Assembly: GCA_964016885.1 (NCBI GenBank)
Contig: OZ024742.1
Coordinates: 63,922,001 to 63,986,000, forward strand
DNA: 64,000 bases
Source of the DNA: Eledone cirrhosa
Taxonomy: Eukaryota
Direction: 5' to 3'
Shown here: positions 59,722 to 64,000 of the stretch, piece after piece
Position numbering within the stretch: position 1 is the stretch's first letter
Layout of the letters: each line of letters starts with the position of its first letter
The notes under the pieces: model-generated
Seen by the model: the letters and a program-made list of their open reading frames with translations, nothing else
The model's database searches: none
What the model was told of the DNA's origin: nothing
Position numbers and translations under genes: made by a program

Positions 59722-60749
59722 CAGGCAGATACGCATATATTTATATACATATATACAAACCTATATGCATGTGTGTGTGTAAGAGTAATTCAAGATTACA
59801 AAAGATAAAAACAGAAATACCATTATTTTCACATTTGTTGAAAAGGGAAAATGTATGTCTCAGCGTATTGGACGGTAGTCGTTCATCAGAAAGATTAAAG
59901 TTAGGAGAAAAATGAGGTTAGAAGGTGAAAGTAAAAAGCAAAAAACTCTTCATCATTACAAACAGTTGTCAGAGGGCCAGACTAAATACTTACATCAGTT
60001 GGTGTGATCATCACTAACAGTTGTCAGAAAGCCGGGCTATATACTTGCAGCGTTTAATATGGTTATAAGAGACAATTGTAGAAAGCTGAACTACATACTT
60101 ACATCGTTTAGTGTGATCATCACAGACAGTTGTCTGATAGCCGAACTACACATCTACACGCACAAACACATATGCGCGCGCGCATAAATATATATACAAT
60201 CATAGTACCCGTCGAAAATGACGGTGTTTATAATAAAACAATATTTTATTTAATATTTCCTTGATTACAACATTCTAAGTCAAAGGTTCTCAACAGGGGG
60301 CATATGCACCCCCGGGGGCGTTTCGGAACTCCAGGGGGGGGGGTCGTTTGGAGATTGGATGGGGGCTGGAAGGCTCTTTACTTTGGTAAGTTTTATAAGC
60401 CATATTTGTATGTCTTTGAGACAGCCAGTGTGAATACATTTGAATGAGCATGCAGACAGCATAACTATAGTCTGACCTCAGCTGTGAGCAGGTGTGCAGG
60501 CGTGTCTAAACATTAACCGGCAATTGAGATCCTAACAATAGAAAAACCCGCAGTCAACTGGGTGAAGGACACTTTGACTGCAGCCAGTTAGAATCTTATC
60601 TTTCTTTCACCGATAACAATGTATTTCATGTGTTAAATTATTGACTCAACCGTAACGAGTTAACACTATGTAGATCTATTTTATTCCCTATTGTATAAAT
60701 AATATTACAAATAAAAAAAAGAAAAGAAAAAACACAGAAGCTGGTAGCA

Positions 60750-61098
60750 CACACATCTAGGACCACATGCAACACACAGGCAGGTAATACATATATCTAG
60801 GACCACATACAACACACAAGCAGGTAATACAAACTTGTAGGACCACATACAACACATAATCAGGTAATACAAACATCTAGGATCACATACAACACATAAT
60901 CGGGTAATACAAACATCTAGGACCACATACAACACATAATCAGGTAATACATACATCTAGGACCACATACAACACACAAGCAGGTAATACATACAGCTGG
61001 GACCACATGCAATACATAAGCAGGTAATACATACATCTAGGACTACATACAACATACAGACAGGTAATACATACATCTAGGACCACATACAACACACA
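60750..61098. repeat. 40-bp minisatellite, ~9 copies, inside the hAT element
   Basis: CATCTAGGACCACATACAACACA...CAGGTAATA units. Confidence 0.92.
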
Positions 61099-62140
61099 TT
61101 GTATCATGTGCTACGGGCGACGCAAGAGCAATGGTCTGCCAACATAAGGGTTTCGTCACTCTTCTGAAGAGAGAAAATCTATCTGTATTTGCTGTTCATT
61201 GAGTCATTAATCGACAACACTTGGCTGCGAAGAAACTCAGCAAGCCGCTGAGCAAGTCCTTGCAGGTGGCCATTGATGTCATCAATTTTATCAAACGGCA
61301 TTCCCTCAATGAACGAATTTTCCGGCAACTGTGCCAAGATAATGACGAAGAATTCATCAAGTTTCTCCTTCATACTGAAGTGAGGTGGCTTTCAAAGGGA
61401 AAGTGCTTTACTCACTTCTTTGAACTCTTCGACTCTATCATTGAGTTTCTGCGAGGACGCAGCACAGAACTGTACAAGAAAACCCCTACCTCACCGACAT
61501 CTTCGACAAATGCAATAGCGTCACTTTGGCTTTGCAGGGGAAGAAGATCACCTTGCTTAAAGCAAGGAATGCTGTGAATACATTCCTGGCCAAATTGAAT
61601 GTCATCGAAAGGAATCTTTGATGACGGGAATTCTATAATTTTTCTAGTGTCGCCAATGTTCAAAACATTGTAAGCGATGACCAACTCCAAATTTATACCA
61701 CTCACCTCCGTGCGCTACAAGACAACATGAGAGAATGGTTTGTCAACCTTTTGCCGATGGACATTCCAATGTGGATAGCAGATCACTTCATAGCTAACGT
61801 CGACAATTTGGATGTTAAATTTCAGGAAGAATTCATTGAACTTCAAGCAAATGACATGATCAAAATTAGATTTCCCAAAATAGGTGAACCCCTTTTTGGG
61901 ATGCAAGAGGAAATTCAGCGTCGATTTCCACACCTACATGCAAAGGCTAAGAGATTTGCTCTGCCTTTTCCAAGCTCATACTTAATCGAGATGAGGTTTG
62001 ATGCTGTTTCCAGACTGCACAGTAAGTCTCGCAACCGCTACAATGTAATTACACGTGGAGATCTCTGGCTACATCTAAGGAAAATTCAGCCTCACGTCAA
62101 AGAGTTAGTCAGACTCCATGAAGCTCAAGGGTCCCATTGA
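61099..62140 (+). pseudogene. Buster/ZBED5-like transposase C-terminal half, frameshifted
   Basis: LLHTEVRWLSKG, LPFPSSYLIE, KSRNR...RGDL...QGSH*. Confidence 0.9.
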
Positions 62141-63290
62141 AATGAGGTCAAAGTTAAAGTAAGTTGATTTATCCTAAAACTTGGATATGCTATTGTTACA
62201 AAGCAAACTAACAATTTTTTTTTTTGTAGTTGCAGTCTGACTGGACTGGAAACCATCTACTACAATTCACTTACTCATTTGTTGTATATATTTTACCATT
62301 TACTAATAAATATACCCTCCCGCGTGGTCATGAAATCCCTCTTCCGTGGTCTCTAAGCTCACAAAGCAGAGGGGACATCAAATTAGATAACAACATTTAT
62401 TCTGTCCGTTTCATTAAAGGGAAAATTGGAAAGCTTTGAAATGATATAATTGCCACTTTCTTCCAGATAAGAGCACTCTTGGGATAGACAGAGTAGCTCT
62501 TGTATAAATGTTCAAAATAGCTGGTATCGCCTGGTGGGAATATAACAAATTCAACTGGTCCTTATTCATAAAAAAAGAACATTTATGTTCCTTTTTTTGA
62601 AATTTATATATTTCCTTTCAAGGAATGTATTTATACTTTCAGCTGCCTGCAATGGTATCTTTGGAATATTGTTAATTTTTTTTCAGTAATCTACTGATAT
62701 CAAAATCAGTAGTATATTGAAAAATGGAAAAATAGGGGGGGGGGGGGGGTCGTGATTTCGAGGGACAAAAGGGGCCGTTTGGCCTAAATGGGTTGAGAAC
62801 CTGTGTTCTAAGAGAAGATACTTGAATCATCGATTTCCCTTTACCTTCTCACTCATGTCACTCCGACACTTTTACATCATTTAAATCAATTACAATAATT
62901 TTCCTCCATATTTTCTTTAATAATTATCAAATATATCCACTAAATTGTCATGATTTTTTTCTACCTATATATATCTGTCTCTCTGTCTATCTATCTATCC
63001 AAACATATCTATCTATCCATCCATCCATCTATCTATCCACCTACCTACATCTCTTTTTATCTATCTACTTATCTAGCAGTTTGTCTGCCTATCTATCTGT
63101 CTGATAGCTAGCTAGCTTTTTTTTTATCTTCGGACAGCTATTTGGGTTTTGGCATTGTTGTTATTGTTGTTCTTATCCAAAGATAGATAGATTGCTAAAT
63201 AAACATAAATAGATTACTATATATTAACAGTCAGACATATAGATAGACAGGTATGTAAGTAGATAGGTGTGTAGGTAGATAAATAGATAA

Positions 63291-63325
<35 letters not shown>

Positions 63326-64000
63326 CAAATATTCTCTCACTACGTACACAACTACATACAATACACATACACTTACATGTACAAACATACACACACGCAC
63401 ATGTACCCACAGTACAAATATACTCGCACACACACATACTTACCAGCACCCAAACACACATACACACACACAGAAGGTTACAAACATTCACAGAAACACA
63501 TACAGCACAAAGACACACACACGCACACAGGCTAACAGATATATTTACGCAAACACATACACAACAACACACATACAGTGTTACAAACATATTCACACAA
63601 ACACATAGACATCAACACCAATACACACACTCTGAAACCACACACCATTGCGTTGACAAACCTCTTTATGTGACAGTATACACTACTGTCCACATTTAGT
63701 TAAGGTCATGACAAACTACACCATTAGAACAGTAGTACTAATAACGCCGGCTCAAGGACCTATAAACCGTTATTTCAGTAGTCAAACCGCTTCCCTTCCA
63801 TTACATCTCATCATTCCCACTCTACACCTTTGCTTAATGACGTCACATTTGACTTGTCAAAGCTCACGTCCACTCCTCATTCCCGGTGTCACCCTATATA
63901 TATATATTTATATATATATGTTATTATAGGAAAATCTGCTTCGTAGAATCGAGACATATCTGACGACCGTGTTGATTTCAGAGTCGGGTGTGATCACCAT

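Larger units (their letters stand above)
60281..62805 (+). mobile_element. hAT (Buster/Charlie) DNA transposon, internally deleted
   Basis: TIR CA(A/C)AGGTTCTCAAC; 8-bp TSD TTCTAAGT / TTCTAAGA with central TA. Confidence 0.9.

Noticed and set aside
60750-61098. CRISPR-like array
   Set aside because: Units are contiguous repeats with no unique spacers; eukaryotic context with no cas genes. Same for 3133-3252.

Overview
AT-rich, microsatellite-saturated eukaryotic DNA, most likely an octopod (cephalopod) genome; this is inferred from the tRNA-derived SINE families and (TA)n density and is not proven. Almost all recognisable sequence is transposon-derived: a Tigger/pogo element nested in a MITE and interrupted by a SINE, a near-full-length but inactivated RTE LINE, two large Penelope-like elements (PLE; RT plus GIY-YIG), Helitrons, a hAT/Buster element, LINE scraps, many SINEs and a tRNA-Leu pseudogene. 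Nearly all long ORFs in the track (poly-IY, HT, VC) are microsatellite artefacts. The main signal is a dense set of mostly non-coding, sequence-diverse inserts in (TA)n tracts. They share one architecture: fold-back inverted arms, a unique tail on one arm only, and a type I hammerhead ribozyme with a palindromic stem III. About 20 intact or degenerate hammerhead motifs were found by eye. One direct-repeat version looks like a retrozyme (circular-RNA) unit. A weak candidate host gene with a signal-peptide exon lies at about 47.2-48.4 kb. All folding and alignments were done by eye.
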